Assembly: GCA_030390025.1 (NCBI GenBank)
Contig: CM059432.1
Coordinates: 107,634,001 to 107,698,000 of the forward strand
Direction: 5' to 3'
Length of the DNA stretch: 64,000 nt
Source of the DNA: Squalus acanthias
Taxonomy: Eukaryota
Positions 25,915 to 39,534 of the stretch are shown in pieces. Every line of letters starts with the position of its first letter. The stretch's first letter is position 1. The translations under genes were made by a program, and so were the position numbers. The notes below the pieces were generated by a model that did no database searches, had not been told where the DNA came from, and was given only the letters and a program-made list of their open reading frames with translations.

Positions 25915-28742
25915 GAGGACATAAAAGATCCCATGGCACTATTCAAAGAAGAGCTCGTGAGTTCTACAAGTGTCCGAGCCAATATTAATCCCTCAACCAA
26001 CATCCCTAAAACAGATTATCTGGTCATTATCGCATTTCTGTTTGTGGGACCATGCTGTGCACAAATCATAATTCATAGAATCATAGAAATTTACGACCCA
26101 GAAGGAAGCAATTCGGCCCACCATGTCTGTGCTGGCTGAAAAAGAGCTATCCAGCCAAATCCCACTTTCCAGCTCTTGGTCTGTAGCCTTGTAGGTTACG
26201 GCACTTCAAGTGCATATCCAAGTACTTTTTAAATGTGATGAGGGTTTCTGCCTCTACCACCCTTTCAGACAGTGAGCTCCAGACTCCCACCCCCCTCTGG
26301 GTGAAAAAAGTTCTCCTCAACACCCCTCTAATCCTTCTACCAATTACTTTAAATCTATGCCCCTTGGTTATTGACCTCTCTGCTAAGGGAAATAGGTCCT
26401 TCCTATCCACTCAATCTAGGACCCTCATCATTTTATACACCTCAATTAAGTCTCTTCTCAGCCTCCTCTGTTCCAAAGAAAACAACCCCAGCCTATCCAA
26501 TCTTTCCTCGTAGCTAAAATTCTCCAGTCCTGGAAACATCCTCGTAAATCTCCTCTGTACCCTCTCTAGTGCAAACACATCTTTCCTGTAATATGGTGAC
26601 CAGAACTGTAAACAGTACTCTAGCTGTGGCCTAATTATTGTTTTATACAGTTCAAGCATAACCTCCCTGCTCTTATATTCTATGCCTCGGCTAATAAAGG
26701 AAAGTATCCTGTATGCCTTCTTAACCACCTTATGAACCTGTTATGGTACCTTCAAGGATCTGTGGACATTCATTCCAAGGTCCCTCTGTTCCTCTACACT
26801 TCTCAGTATCCTACCATTTATTGTGTGTTCCCTTGCTGTGTTAGCCCTCCCCAAATGCATTACCACACACTTCTCTGGATTGAATTCCATTTGCCCCTCT
26901 TCTGCCCACCTGACCAGTCCATTGGTACCTTCCCGCAGTCTACAGCTTTATTCCTCACTATCAACCACATGGCCAATTTTTGTATTATCTGCAAACTTCT
27001 TAATCATGCCCCCTACATTGAAGTCTAAATCATTAGTATATACCACAAAAAGCAAAGGACCTATTACTGAGCCCTGTGGAACCCCACTGGAAACAGCCTT
27101 CCAGTCACAAAAACACCTTTCGACTATTACCCTTTGTTTCCTGCCTCTGAGCCAATTTTGGATCCAACTTGCCACTTTCCCTTGGATCCCATTGACTTTT
27201 ACTTTCCAGTCCAGTCTGCCATGTGGGACCCTGTCAAATGCCTTGCTAAAATCCATGTAGACTACATCAAATACACTACCCTCATTGACCCTCCTTGTTA
27301 GCTCCTCAAAGAATTCAATGAAGTTAGTTCGACACAACCTTCCCTTAAACAAATCCATGCTGACTGTCCTTGATTAATCTGTGCTTTTCTAAATGATGAT
27401 TAATACTGTCCCTCAGAATATTTTCCAATAATTTGCCCACCACCGATTTCAGGCTGATTGGCCTGTAATTACTCGGTCTATTCCTTTCTCCCTTTTTAAA
27501 CAATGGTACAATGTTGCCAGTCCTCCAGTCCTCCAGCACCACCCCTCCAGCCAGAGAGGATTGGAAAATGTTGGTCAGAGCCGCCGCTATTTCCTCCCTT
27601 GCTTCTCTTAACAACCTGGGATACATTTCATCCGGGCTTGGCGACTTATCTACTTTCAAAGATGCTAAATCCCTTAATATTTCCTCTCTCACTATGTTTA
27701 TCTCATCTAATATTTCACACTCCTCCTCCTTAACTACAGTGTCTTCTCTTTTGTGAAGACAAACGCAAAGTATTCATTAAGAACCATACCCATGTCTTCC
27801 GCCTCAACACACAGGTTACCTTTTTGGTCTCTAATAGGCCCTACTCTTTCTTTAGTTATTCTCTTGCTCTTTATGTATTTATAAAACATCTTTGGGTTTT
27901 CCTTGATTTTACTTGCCAGTATTTTTCATGCCCTCTCTTTGATTTCCTAATTTCCTTTTAATTTCACCCCTGCACTTTCTATACCCCTCTAGGCTTTCTG
28001 CAGTATGTAGCTCTCGGTATCTGACATAAGCTTCCCTTTTATGCCTTATCCTACCCTGTATACCCCTTGACATCCAGGGGGCTCTGGATTTGGGAGTCCC
28101 ACCCTTTTTCTTTGTGGGAACATATTTGCTCTGAACCCTCACTAACTCCTCCTTGAATGCCTCCCACTGCTCTGACACTGATTTACCTTCAAGTAGTTGT
28201 TTCCAGTCCACTTTTGCTAAATCACATCTCAGTTTAGTAAAATTGGCCTTTTCCCAATTGAGAACTTTTACTCCTGGTCTATCTTTGTCCTTTTCCATAA
28301 CTACGCTAAATCTAACTGAATTATGATCACTACCACCAAAATGGTCTCCCACTGATGCCCCTTCCACCTGCCCAGCTTCATTCCATAAAACCAAGTCCAG
28401 AACCGCCCCCTCTCTTGTTGGGCTTGCTACGTACAGGCTAAAAAAGTTCTCATGAATGCATTTTAAGAATTCTGCTCCCTCTATACCTTTTACACTGATT
28501 CTATCCCAGTTAATATTAGGGTAGTTGAAATCCCCTACTATTACTGCCCTATTGTTTTTGCATTTCTCAGAAATTTGCCTACATATTTGCTCTTCTATCT
28601 CCCTCTGACTCTTTGGGGGGCTGCCACATTTCCTACATTACAACAATGACTACACTGCAAAAGCACTTCTCTGGCTGTAAAGCACTTTGGGATGTCCAGA
28701 GGTTGTGAAAGACGCTATATAAATTCAAGTTCTTTCTTTTAC
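25915..28742 (+). mobile_element. Deu-domain SINE split by a CR1 insertion (parts ~25915-26066 and 28621-28742)
   Basis: The Deu core ends at ...TGTGCACAAAT and resumes at CTGCCACATTTCCTACATTACAAC with an L2-type tail. Confidence 0.8.
26067..28620 (-). mobile_element. CR1 LINE, 5'-truncated (partial APE + RT), degenerate
   Basis: Minus ORFs with GSDHN, DKSPSPDEMYPRLLRE, DFSKAFDRVPH, QGSVIGP; tail (CATAGAAT)n on the plus strand. Confidence 0.95.
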
Positions 28743-29044
28743 TGCCCAGAAACCTTTGCCCATTCTTCAGGTGTACCCACATATCTCGGGATTTTTTTTG
28801 TTGCTTTGTGGAGCTGCTGAGCTCCATTTGAAACTACCTATGGGACACTCTCTGGTCACCAGCACATTTTTGATCCCCACCCACAGTAAGAGATATTATT
28901 GAGCAGCCTGGGTTTCCCTATGGGGATTCTGCTTTTTGCTATCTTAATGGAGGAGAAGGAGGAAACGAAAAGAAGGAAGAAATAGAGAGTGAGGCAGAAT
29001 AAAAGAAGAATGAGACCAACTCCCCATTACTCCTAAAATGAGTA

Positions 29045-29560
29045 TATGGGCCCTGCAGAGTTTATGAGGGACTGAGTGAGGAGCCCAGTTTCTGGCAACT
29101 TTGCATCACCTTGGAAGCCCTAGATGAACTATGCCACCTTCTGCAGGAGGGCCTTCAGCTCCATTCAAATAACATAACACCTCTGTCATTGGCTGTAGAA
29201 GTCAACTTTTATGCCACAGGCTCCTTCCAAGCTGCAACCTGGAACATTTACAGCATCAGCCAAGAATCCATCTGAGACTGCATATGCTAAGTCACCGATA
29301 CCATCTTTGTAAGAGATCAGGAATTCATCCATTTTGGGATGACTCCTATGCAGCAGCAAGACAGGGCAAGACAGAGTTATTCCATTCTAACATCTTGCTG
29401 GATTTCAGGAAGCAATAGATGGCGGCCACTGTGGGCTCCTATTGTCTACCATTGAATTTCTTGAATAGAAAGGGATTCCACTCTCTCAATGTTCAAATTG
29501 TTGGTGATCAGTTACAATGTATATCAATGTATGTCAATGTCAAATTTGCAGGGAGCGGCC
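29045..29560 (+). pseudogene. degenerate PIF/Harbinger (HARBI1-like) DDE transposase fragment
   Basis: Motifs NFYATGSFQ, AIDG and FLNRKGFHSLNVQIV; multiple stops and frameshifts. Confidence 0.75.
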
Positions 29561-30968
29561 GCTGCCACTTGGGGCACTGGCGTATACTCTCTTTATTGTG
29601 TCTCTTTCCTATTTTTCCCAATCCTAACGAAACCACATTCTGGAGCTGTCAGAATTTTTTTTGTGGAGAAAATCTTTTGATATTTCATTCTGTTAATTAG
29701 GCTCTTTCAGCTTCTGTCCCTTCCCAACACACACTGCTCAAAATCAGAAAGAAATCACGAGAATAGAGGTCGACATCTAGTCATCAATTTCGCAGCAGTG
29801 CACTGCAGAGTCCCAAGATCTTCAAGCATCCAAAGAGAAAGAAAGGTTGCTGTTGCTTTAAGGTCCGAAACAGAAAACTGCCTCTGTCAGTGGTGCTTAG
29901 AACCAACTGGGAGAACTAGGAAATGCATTCATCAGAATATACTCCCATGGACATCATTCAGTTGAAGGTCTTTGCTGGAGGGCTGCCCAAAATCTTCAAG
30001 AAACCTCAGGTTCGTTGATAGCACAGCACACTGGTCAACAAAGCCAACACTTCTTTGTTGAGACCTCGGATGGGATTTTGATTAAGCTTGTAGTGTGACA
30101 CACACTTTATTAAAGCTGGTGACATTGAACTTAGCAGCTGCAGGAGTTCAGTGGTCAGGCCATTGTGTTTGTCTGTCGTGTTATGCTCCCATTTCATTCC
30201 GCTGGGAGTTTTTAGCAAATGTTATTAGTTTTGGATACTTATACATGTTAATTAACTGAAGAACAGTTTGGCAGTTTGCATGGTTACTGTTCCAATGTTG
30301 CTATAAGGGAAGAGACTCAACAGATTTGTTTTGGAAATACTTGTTTAATGTCAGGTCTGTAATTCATTTGTTTAATTTCTTCTGTCTCTTCTACGTTAAA
30401 GGGGACATCACTATTTTGAGGCGGTAAAGAGCCCAGAGGATGTGTGTGTCATAATTGGGAGATTAACTTCATAAGCAGGTAACGTGATATCAGTTTTTTA
30501 AGAAGACAAAAGGGTCTCAACAATCCTCAGGGCAGCTCTGGAGTAAGGGCCACTGATCTCCAGGAGTATCCTGGGTCAGGATGGGGTCATCTCATTTTAA
30601 TACCTTCAGCAGACATTCACGCCAGTATCAACGCATCTTGGGCGCCTACTAGAGATGAGGGGGGTGGGGGGGGGGGGGCAACCGTGTCACAATGCCAGAT
30701 GACTAGTTGGTGGGCAGTTCGCCTGCCTCCTCTAAAGTTGCAACAGGTACACTTTAAACTTAAATAAGGGCAATTATGAGGGCATGAAAGCAGAGCTAGC
30801 TAAAGTGAACTGGCAAATTAGGTTAAGGGATAGGTCAATAGAGTTGCAGTGGCAGACATTTAAGGGGATATTTCAAAATACACAAAATATATACATTCCA
30901 ACAAGAAAGAAAAATTCCAAGGGGAGGACCCACCATCTGTGGTTAACTAAAAAAGTTAAAGATAGTAT

Positions 30969-32348
30969 TGTGGCAGATCGACACCTAAACGGGCGCAATC
31001 CACTTTTCCGTCCGTGGACAATAAATCGGGCACCTTGCCTTTAAGGCGCATGCTGCCTTTAAGGCATGAAAAAAGGCGTGGGCGTGGCCCTCAGGGTTTT
31101 TGCAGAGAAATGCTGTAGCAGCCATTTTACCAAGGAGATTTAATTAAAAGCTATGTGCTCCACATATTGACTCGGCCTCAATTCGTGTTTCGCGGCAGCC
31201 ACAACATTGGTGACCCCGACGCTCAGAACGTATTCCGAGCACTGCAATGGCGGACACGAACGCAGTTTCCGTGAAACTGCCGGAGTTTTGGGAAAACCAG
31301 CCCGAAGCCTGGTTCCTCCAAGCCGAGTCCCGATTCCGGCTGCGACACATCACCACAGATGGGACGAAGTACAACTACCTCGTCACATCACTCGGTAGCT
31401 CCACAGTTACGAAGGTCTGGACAGCGCTGCAGAACCCACCAGAGGAGGGCAAGTATGCACATCTTAAGGCCGCGCTCCTTAAAAAATTTTCCGCCTCGGC
31501 ATACCAGCAAAACTGCCACCTCCTCGACCTTCCAGGCCTCGGTGATGCCTCACCGTCAGACCTCCACGCATCGGCAGCAGAGCTCGTGTACGGTCAGCCG
31601 CTGCGCGTACCCAGTGAGTTCCTGTTCACCACCACGACACCCTGGTCAGCCGACCAGCAAAGCCATAACTTCGCCTCACCGGCGCTACAGTTCGCCCCGG
31701 TGCCCATTGCCCGACACGGCGTTATCCACCTCACACGTCCCACTAAGCCTGCACCAGGCACGGTTCGTTTTCGTCCGGCACGACGCCCACCGCGGACCCC
31801 TTCAACCCCCATACGACGGGCCCTACAAGGTGCTACAGGCTGAGGACAAATTTTTCACCCTGCAAGTGGGCGACAGGACCGAAAAAGTGTCGGTTGACCG
31901 ACTCAAGCCAGCACACTCGGAGCCCGGTGAGCAGGTCCCTGTAGCTCATCCACCGCCACGTGGCCGACCTGCCCTCAAGCCAGTTCACCCGGCTGCTCCA
32001 CGCCCGGCCGTTCCACGTCCACCGGCGTCCTACAAGAGCTGCTCCGGACGGCCTATCAGACCACCGCACCGTCTCGTCCACACCTCCTAAGCGGATTCTG
32101 GGGGGAGCTGTGTGGCGGATCACCACCTAAACGGGCGCAATCCACTTTTCCGTCTGTGGACAATAAATCGGGCACCTTGCCTTTAAGGCGCATGCTGCCT
32201 TTAAGGCATGAAAAAAGGAGTGGGCGTGGCCCTCAGGGTTTTTGCAGAGAAATGTTGTAGCAGCCATTTTACCAAGGAGATGTAATTAAAAGCTATGTGC
32301 TCCACATATTGACTCGGCCTCAATTCGTGTTTCGCGGCAGCCACAACA
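30969..32348 (+). mobile_element. non-autonomous Ty3/Gypsy element with an internal deletion
   Basis: LTRs 30969-31206 and 32111-32348 (TG...CA); TSD GTAT; PBS TGGTGACCCCGACG (tRNA-Trp type); PPT GGGGGGAG; gag N-terminus fused to the integrase C-terminus. Confidence 0.95.
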
Positions 32349-34080
32349 GTATTAAACTTAAAGAAAAAGCATATAATTGTGCAAAGGTGGGTGGCAGGTC
32401 AGAAGATTGGACAGAATATAAAAAACAGCAAAGAATGACTAAAAGATTAATAAGGAGAGAAAAATTAGAGTACGAGAGAAAGCTAGCTAGAAATATAAAA
32501 ACAGTAAGAGTTTCTATAGATATTTAAAAAAGAAAAGAGTTAACAAAGTGAGCGTTGGTCCTATAGAAAGTGAGTCTGGGGAATTAATAATGGAAAATAA
32601 GGAGATGGCAGTTGAATTGAACAGGTATTTTGCATCGGTCTTCACTATAGAGGATACAAGTAACATCCCAGAAATAGCTGTAAATCAGGAAATGGAAGGG
32701 AGGGAGGAAGTGAAGAAAATAATAATCACCAGGGAAGTGGTACTGAGCAAATTGTTGGAGCTGCGGGCTGACAAGTCCCCGGGTCCTGATGGACTTCATC
32801 CTAGGGTCTTAAAAGAAGTGGCTAGTGAGATAGTTGATGCGTTGGTTTTAATTTTCCAAAATTCCCTAGATTCGGGGAAGGTTCTATTAGATTGGAAAAT
32901 AGCGAATGTAACTCCTTTATTCAAAAAGGGAGGGAGACAGAAAGCAGGAAACTACAGGCCAGTTAGCTTAACATCTGTCATAGGGAAGATGTTAGAAGCT
33001 ATTATTAAAGATGTTATAGCAGTGCACTTAGAAAAGTTCAAAGTAATCAGGCAGAGTCAACATGGTTTTTTGCAAGGGAAATCATGTTTAACCAATTTAT
33101 TGGAGTTCTTTGAGGAAGTAACATGTGCTGTGGATAAAGGGGAACCGGTGGATGTACTGTACTTAGATTTCCAGAAGGCATTTGATAAGGTGCCACATCA
33201 AAGGTTATTGCGGAAAATAAAAGCTCATGATGTAGGGGGTAACATATTGGCATGGATAGAAGATTGGCTAGCTAACAGGAAACAGAGAGTAGGCATAAAT
33301 GGGTCATTTTCTGATTGGCAAGATGTAACAAGTGGTTTGCCACAGGGTTCAGTGCTGGGGCCTCAACTTTTTACAATTTATATAAATGACTTGGATGAAG
33401 GGACCGAAGGTATGGTTGCTAAATTTGCTGATGACACAAAGATAGGTAGGAAAGTAAATTGTGAAGAGGTCATAAGGAGGCTACAAAGGGATATAGATAG
33501 GTTAAGTGAGTGGGCAAAGATCTGGCAAATGGAGTATAATGTGGGAAAATGTGAAGTTGTCCATTTTGGCAGGAAGAATAAAAAAGAAGCATATTATCTA
33601 AATGGTGAGAGATTGCAGAGCTCTGAGATGCAGAGGGATCTGGGTGTGCTAGTGCATGAATCGCAAAAGGTTACTATGCATGTACAGCAAGTAATTAGGA
33701 AAGCTAATAGAATGTTATCGTTTATTGCGAGGGGAATTGAATACAAAAGTAGGGAGGTTATGCTTCAGTTATTCAGGGCATTGGTGAGACCACATCTGGA
33801 GTACTGTGTACAGTATTGGTCTCCTTATTTAAGGAAGGATGTAAATGCATTGGAAGCAGTTCAGAGAAGGTTTACTAGACTAATACCTGGAATGGGCGGG
33901 TTGTCTTATGAGGAAAGATTGGACAGGCTAGGCTTGTATCCGCTGGAGTTTAGAAGAGTAAGAGGTGACTTGATTGAAACATATAAGATCCTGAGGGTTC
34001 TGGACAGGGTGGATGTGGAGAGGATGTTTCCTCTTGTGGGAGAATCTAGAACTAGGGGTCACTGTTTAAAAATAAGGGGT

Positions 34081-37000
34081 TGTGGCGGATCGCCACCTAA
34101 ACGGGCATTACCCACTTTTCCGTCCGTGGACAATATATCGAGGCACCTTCCCTTTAAGGCACCTTACCTTTAAGGCAGGAGTGGGCGGGGCCTCAGGAAT
34201 TTTCCAGAGAATTCTGGGAGCAGGCTGTCAGCCATTTTTGTGCCATGCTGTTGCATTAAAGTCTCTCTTTTTCCACACATGGATTCAGCCTTAATTCGTG
34301 TTTCGCGGCAGCCTCAACATTGGTGACCCCGACGCTCAGAACGTATTCCGAGCACTGCAATGGCGGACATGAACACAGTTTCCGTGAAACTGCCAGAGTT
34401 TTGGGAAAACCAGCCCGAAGCCTGGTTTCTCCAAGCTGAATCGCGCTTCCGGCTGCGAAGCATCACCACAGATGGGACGAAGTACGACTATCTCGTCACA
34501 TCACTCAGTAGCGCCACAGTTTCGAAGGTTTGGACAACGCTGCAGAACCCATCAGAGGAAGGCAAGTACGCACATCTCAAGACAGCACTCCTTAAAAAAT
34601 TTACGGCCTCGGCATATCAGCGAAACTGCCACCTCCTCGACCTTCCAGGCCTCGGTGATGCCTCACCGTCAGACCTCCTCTCTCACATGCTCTCCCTCAC
34701 CGACGAGAGCCCACCCGGATCCCTCTTCCGCACGCTGTTCATCCGCCAGCAATCGTGGCGTCCGGCCTCACGAACCTTGAAGCCCTGGCTCACTCCAGCC
34801 GCGACGTCACTCCGGACCTGGCAGCCAATGCCTGGGCGCGCCCCTCACCGGCCACCACGCGGCCACAAGGGCCAGCCACCAGGCCCACGGGGCCTTCACG
34901 CCCCACTAACCTGGGCCACTGTTACTACCACACACGGTTCGGCGCCAGGGCACAACGGTGCACACCTCCCTGCTCTTTCAAGTCCGCCCCCGGACCAGCC
35001 CCCGCGATGGCCATGGGCCACGCGGGCTCCCTGCTGTTCATCACGGATGACAAAACCGGCCGCCGGTTCCTGTGCGACACTGGGGCTCAGCACAGCATCA
35101 TCCCGGCCTCCTCCCTCGACATCCAAAAGGGCGAACGAGGACCGGCGCTGGCTGCTGCTAACGGCTCAGAAATCTGGACGTATGGCACCCGGACAGTCAC
35201 CCTTGACCTCGCTGGTCACCGCTACCGATGGGAGTTCATCACTGCCAAGGTGCTCTCCCCGCTCATCGGCGCAGATTTCCTCTGCGCCCACGGCCTACTG
35301 GTAGACATCCCTCGTCACCGCCTCGTGGACATGAACACCATGTCCCCCATCCTGGGCGCCATGGCCCCCTGTCAACCCGCCGACATGGCGTCACAGTGCC
35401 ACGCCCGGGCCACGGATGACTACTCGGCACTCCTGGCCGAATTCCCGACCCTTACCAATCCGACCTTCTCCGCGGAGGCCGCCAAACACGGGGTGGAACA
35501 CTTCATCCCCACCACAGGCCCCCCAGTGTACGCCCACGCCCGCAGGCTGGACCCGGCCAGACTGGAGATCGCGCGGACCGAGTTTGCCACCATGGAACAG
35601 CTCGGCATCATCCGCCACTCCAACAGTCCCTAGGCCTCCCCACTCCACATCGCCCCCAAACCAGCCGGAGGTTGGCGCCCCTGCGGGGATTACCGCTGCC
35701 TCAACGACGCCACCACCCCTGATCGGTACCCCGTGCCGCACATTCAGGACTTCTCGGCTAGACTGGCCGGCCGCTCAGTCTTTTCCAAGGTCGACCTGGT
35801 GTGCGGCTACCACCAAGTCCCCGTCCACCCCGCGGACGTCCCCAAGATGGCCGTAATCACCCCCTTCGGCCTGTTCGAGTTCCTGCGGATGCCCTTCGGC
35901 CTCAAAAACGCGGCCCAGGCATTCCAACGGCTCATGGACTCGGTCCTTCGGGACCTGAAGTTCCGGTTCGTCTACCTGGACAATATCCTGGTAGCCAGTT
36001 CCTCCAAGCAGGAACACCTCGAACACCTTCGCATCCTGTTCGGGCGCCTCAGCGACCACGGGCTCATCCTCAGCCCAGCCAAATGCCAGTTCGGCCTGGA
36101 CAAGATCGACTTCCTCGGCCACCACATCACCCATGCTGGGGCCATTCCCCTGCCCACCAAGGTGCAGGCCGTCCAACAATTTCCCCGCCCCACCACCATC
36201 AAAGGCCTCCAGGAGTTCCTCGGGATGGTGAATTTCTATAACCGCTTCATCCCCAAAGCGGCGTCCCTCATGAGGCCCCTGTATGAAGCCCTCCGGGGCA
36301 GGAGCGGCAAGATGGCGGTCGAATGGACGGCAGACGCGTCCGCCGCCTTCGATTCCACCAAGACCGCGCTCGCCAACGCCACCCTGCTCGCGCAACCACG
36401 GCCCAATGCCAGGGTAGCGCTCACCACGGACGCCTCCGACCACGCGGTCGGCGCCGTGTATGAGCAGTAGCTCGACGGCGCCTGGCAACCACTTGCCTTC
36501 TTCAGCCGCCAACTACGCCCCCCGGAGGTCAAGTACAGCACCTTCGACCGCGAGCTCCTCGCGCTGTTCCTGGCGGTCCGCCATTTCCGGTTTTTGCTTG
36601 AGGGCCACCCCTTCACTGCGTTTGTCGACCACAAGCCCCTGACATTCGCAATGGCAAAGATAACCGACCCCTGGTCCGCCAGGCAGCAGCGCCAGCTCGC
36701 GGCAGTGTCCGAGTTTACCACGGACATCCAACACGTCTCCAGCCGAGACAATGTGGTAGCCGACTGCCTCTCCTGCCCCGCCATCCATGCCGCACACCTA
36801 GCAGTCGACTACGCTCAACTCGCAGCAGAGCAGATCACCGACCCTGATCTGCTCTCCGCACCCACCAACCTACCAGGGCTACGCCTGGCCGACGTCGCCT
36901 GTGGCCCGACCGTAGTCACGGTCAAGTGCGACATATCCCTATGTCAACCTCGGCCCGTCGTTCCAGTGTCCTGGCGCCGCCGGGTATTCAACATTCTCCA

Positions 37001-38383
37001 CAACCTCTCCCACCCCGGCGCCCGCGCATCCATCAAATTGGTAGCCAACCGCTTTGTCTGGCGCGGCCTTCGCAAGGATGTGCGTACTTGGGCCAACTCC
37101 TGCCTAGCCTGCCAACGGGCCAAGGTACAGCAACACACGAAAGCACCCCTCGAGGAGTTTACCGTCCCCTCGCGTAGATTTGACCACATCCACGTGGACA
37201 TCGTTGGGCCCCTGCCGCCGTTGCAAGGCCACACACACTTGCTGACCATCGTTGACCGCACCACACGCTGGTCTGAGGCAATTCCACTGACCTCTACCAC
37301 CACCGCCGACATCGCCAGAGCCTTCGTCAGCACCTGGGTCGCACGGTTCGGCGTCTCCTCCGACATGACGTCGGACAGAGGTCCGCAATTTACCTCTGAA
37401 CTCTGGACCGCCGTCGCACGCAATCTCGGGGTGACCATTCACCGCACCACAGCGTACCACCCCCAAGCCAACAGACTGTGTGAGCGGTTCCACAGATCCT
37501 TGAAGGCATCTCTTTGAGCCAGCCTCCAAGACGGCGCCTGGACCGACCGACTTCCGCGGGTCCTCCTCGGCCTGCGCACCGCGGTTAAAGAAGACCTCCA
37601 CGCATCGGCAGCAGAGCTCGTATACGGTCAGCCGCTGCGCGTACCCGGCGAGTTGCTGCCCACCGCCACGACACCCTGGTCAGCCGACCAGCAACGCCAC
37701 GGCTTCGCCTCACCGGCGCTACAGTTCGCCCCGGTGCCCATTGCCCGACTCGGCGAATCCACCTCACATGTCCCACTAAGCCTGCACCAGGCACGGTTTG
37801 TTTTCGTCCGGCACGACGCCCACCGCGGACCCCTTCAACCCCCATACGACGGGCCCTACAAGGTGCTACAGGCTGGGGACAAATTTTTCACCCTGCAAGT
37901 GGGCGACAGGACCGAAAAAGTGTCGGTTGACCGACTCAAGCCTGCACACTCGGAGCCCGGTGAGCAGGTCCCTGTAGCTCGTCCACCTCCACGCGGCCGA
38001 ATTGCCCTCAAGCCGGTTCAGCTGGCTGCTCCACGCCCGGCCGTTCCACATCCACCGGCGTCCTCCAAGAGCCGCTCCGGCCGGCCCATCAGACTGCCGC
38101 AACGTCTCGTCCACACCTCCTAAGCGGATTCTGGGGGGAGCTGTGTGGCGGATCGCCACCTAAACGGGCATTACTCATTTTTCCGTCCGTGGACAATATA
38201 TCGAGGCACCTTCCCCTTTAAGGCACCTTACCTTTAAGGCAGGAGTGGGCGGGGCCTCAGGATTTTTCCAGAGAATTCTGGGAGCAGGCTGTCAGCCATT
38301 TTTGTGCCATGCTGTTGCATTAAAGTCTCTCTTTTTCCACACATGGATTCAGCCTTAATTCGTGTTTCGCGGCAGCCTCAACA
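34081..38383 (+). mobile_element. full-length Ty3/Gypsy LTR retrotransposon, inactivated
   Basis: LTRs 34081-34319 and 38144-38383; TSD GGGT; tRNA-Trp PBS; PPT; domain order gag-PR-RT-RH-IN. Confidence 0.97.
34360..38123 (+). pseudogene. Gypsy gag-pol polyprotein with frameshift and stops
   Basis: Gag VKLPEFWENQPEAWF and CYYHTRFG...C; protease FLCDTGA; RT MPFGLKNA with YLDN (catalytic D lost); RNase H TTDAS; integrase HHCC, HVDIVGP, SDRGPQF and GPY. Stops near 35631, 36468 and 37515. Confidence 0.93.
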
Positions 38384-39047
38384 GGGTCACCCATTTAAAA
38401 CAGAGATGAGGAGACGTTTTTTCTCACAGAGGGTCGTGAGTCTTTGGAACTCTCTTCCTCAGAGGGCGGTGGAAGCATTGTCTTTTAATATTTTTAAGGC
38501 AGAGGTAGATAGATTCTTGGTAAGCAAGGGGGTGAAAAGTTATCGGGGGTAGGCGGGAATGTGGAGTAATCGGATCAGCCATGATCTTATTGAATGGCGG
38601 AGCAGGCTCGAAGGGCCGAATGGCCGACTCCTGCTCCTAATTCATATGTTCGTATGTACAGCTGATCATGTCCCTTTTTGAGGGCAGATGAAAAACCTGT
38701 GGTGGCAGCATCTCCAGGGTTTTCTATGGCATAACCCTGGCCTAAAGAACCTGGTGGGCACCATTTCTACCCCTAAAGTGACCCAGATGCCAATTTTTCC
38801 CTGCATCCAGATTGCTAAGTAGATAAAAGTCAGGAAGGAGCCTTGGGACATGGAAAGCCTGCTTGCCGGCTCTGCCACCATTGATCCGGCCATGTTTGGG
38901 GAAAGTGGAAGCTCCACCTGCCCTGGGCCCCATTGGATGCTGGCAATCTAGGCAGAGGTCTGGTGTTTCTGGGTCCTGCCAGATTTCCTTCTCCAATCCA
39001 TGAGCCAAGAAAGCTGCTTTTATATGAAAACATTTACCTAACACAGT

Positions 39048-39275
39048 AACATTAGGAACAGGAGTAGGCCATTCAGCCCCTCGAGCCTGTTAGATCATGG
39101 CTGATCTGTACCTCAACTCCATATCCCTTGATACCCTTACCCACAAAAATCTATCGATCTCAGTATTGAAAGCTCCATTGTCCCAGCATCCACAGCCTTT
39201 TTGGGGAGAGAATACCAAATTTCAACCACGCTTTGTGTGAAAAAGTGCTTCCTGATTTCGCTTTTGAATGGCCGA
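39048..39275 (-). mobile_element. CR1 3' fragment
   Basis: AGGAACAGGAGTAGGCCATTCAGCCCCTCGAGCCTG is the reverse complement of a CR1 3' UTR. Confidence 0.7.
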
Positions 39276-39534
39276 GCAAAAAAAAAATTCCCGACCGAGA
39301 ATCATACCCTCGACAACTTTTTCAGAATGATTACATCTCTTTAAGAGGCAAGGTACAGATAAAATAGCAGGAAATGTTAAAACCAGAGGCAAGGAGAAGT
39401 CACTTCCTGATAGGTGAGCGAAGACACTTCCTGATGGGTGAGCTTTATACCTTAGTAGCTTGTTCACTTTATGTCCCAATATGGTATTTGCTAACAGTGA
39501 AAGAGATTTTAGACAACTGAGCTTATGGATCTTA

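Larger units (their letters stand above)
30752..38657 (+). mobile_element. CR1 LINE split by two Gypsy insertions (parts 30752-30968, 32349-34080, 38384-38657)
   Basis: ORF 32548-34080 is an uninterrupted RT (LDFQKAFDKVPH, QGSVLGP, FADD) and rejoins across both TSDs. Confidence 0.95.

Noticed and set aside
29419..29700. Host HARBI1 gene
   Set aside because: Fragmentary, with stops and frameshifts; this is a transposon fossil.
29711..29965. Possible plus-strand terminal exon (~84 open codons after TTCAG)
   Set aside because: No recognisable homology and no supporting neighbouring exon; compatible with chance.
34083..34173. Novel C-terminus on the 541-aa CR1 RT ORF
   Set aside because: It is read-through into the Gypsy LTR inserted at 34081.
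35391..37845. Antisense and alternative-frame ORFs inside the Gypsy element
   Set aside because: Shadow ORFs of GC-rich pol sequence.
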